This document shows, piece by piece, positions 63,619 to 64,000 of a stretch of DNA of 64,000 nt. Each line of letters opens with the position of its first letter. Positions within the stretch are counted from its first letter, which is position 1. Source of the DNA: Oscillospiraceae bacterium (lineage in GTDB: Bacteria; Bacillota; Clostridia; Oscillospirales; CAG-272). The translations under genes and the position numbers were made by a program. The DNA is taken from assembly GCA_015063695.1 (NCBI GenBank), contig SVTQ01000001.1:70311-134310 (forward strand), given 5' to 3'. Under the pieces are notes generated by a model, which was not told the DNA's origin, searched no databases, and saw only the letters and a program-made list of their open reading frames with translations.

Positions 63619-64000
63619 ATGTCAGAATGTACACATGACTGTTCAAGCTGTTCTGCAGATTGTGCCTCCAGAAACAGCGCACCTGTCCATGAAAAGCCCC
63701 ATCAGGACAGTAAAATTAAAAAGGTCATCGGCGTTGTAAGCGGTAAGGGCGGCGTTGGTAAATCCATCGTAACCTCCATGCTTGCAGTTGCAATGATGAA
63801 AAAAGGCCACAAGGTAGCTATCCTTGATGCCGACATCACAGGTCCCTCAATTCCCAAGGCTTTCGGTGTGTCCGGCCAGGTTTACCAGGAAAGAGGCGGC
63901 CTTCTCCCCCTTCAGAGCAAGGGCGGAATAAAGGTAATGTCCCTCAATCTTCTTCTCGAGGATGAAACAGCTCCCGTAGTGTGGAGAGGTCCCGTTATCG
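63619..64000 (+). CDS. mrp: Mrp/ApbC/NBP35-family Fe-S cluster carrier ATPase (3' end outside the window)
   Basis: ATG 63619 with AAAGGAG 7 nt upstream. Cys-rich N-terminus (CTHDCSSCSADC) and deviant Walker A SGKGGVGKS. The frame stays open to the window end. Confidence 0.8.
   Translation, partial: MSECTHDCSSCSADCASRNSAPVHEKPHQDSKIKKVIGVVSGKGGVGKSIVTSMLAVAMMKKGHKVAILDADITGPSIPKAFGVSGQVYQERGGLLPLQSKGGIKVMSLNLLLEDETAPVVWRGPVI

Overview
This window is chromosomal core sequence from a spore-forming Firmicute. It looks Clostridia-like: about 50% GC, AGGAGG-type ribosome-binding sites (RBS), and both spoVM and spoVB present. I support about 60 protein genes, and nearly all are housekeeping. On the minus strand at 0.3-12.7 kb sits a block syntenic with the B. 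subtilis 'ylo' region: rsgA-prkC-prpC-rlmN-rsmB-fmt-def-priA-rpoZ-gmk-remA-yicC. The rest includes a tRNA Gly-Arg-His cluster, pyrR-pyrP, dCMP deaminase, rimI-tsaD, a DnaD-domain/DnaI-like helicase-loader pair, an XPD/DinG-type Fe-S helicase, dinB behind a LexA box, dapA, asnA, ruvAB and ruvC, ecfA1-ecfA2-ecfT-truA, clpE and a partial mrp. I found no CRISPR array, rRNA, transposase, integrase or recognisable defence or toxin system. Several ORF-track starts (which include GTG/TTG starts) were moved to the RBS-supported start codon. The unusual content is mostly non-coding. (1) A 188-bp array carries eight exact copies of AGCTAAAT in a 4+4 mirror arrangement with hairpin spacers, directly after the tRNA-His terminator. 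(2) Two copies of a ~280-320 bp structured, MITE-like element lie in inverted orientation 8.5 kb apart, each abutting the stop codon of a membrane-protein gene, with a compensatory stem change between copies. (3) Small GC-rich palindromic inserts are flanked by duplicated terminator or target sequence. (4) A 149-bp tandem duplication re-creates the clpE 3' end. On the coding side, a 911-aa P-type ATPase homologue has all catalytic signature motifs replaced. There are also two sub-60-aa genes missing from the ORF track (spoVM and a Cys-rich membrane peptide), a DUF5685/J-domain/membrane-protein cluster, and a helicase with a possible N-terminal nuclease domain. Every homology statement is a by-eye motif comparison and no database was searched.
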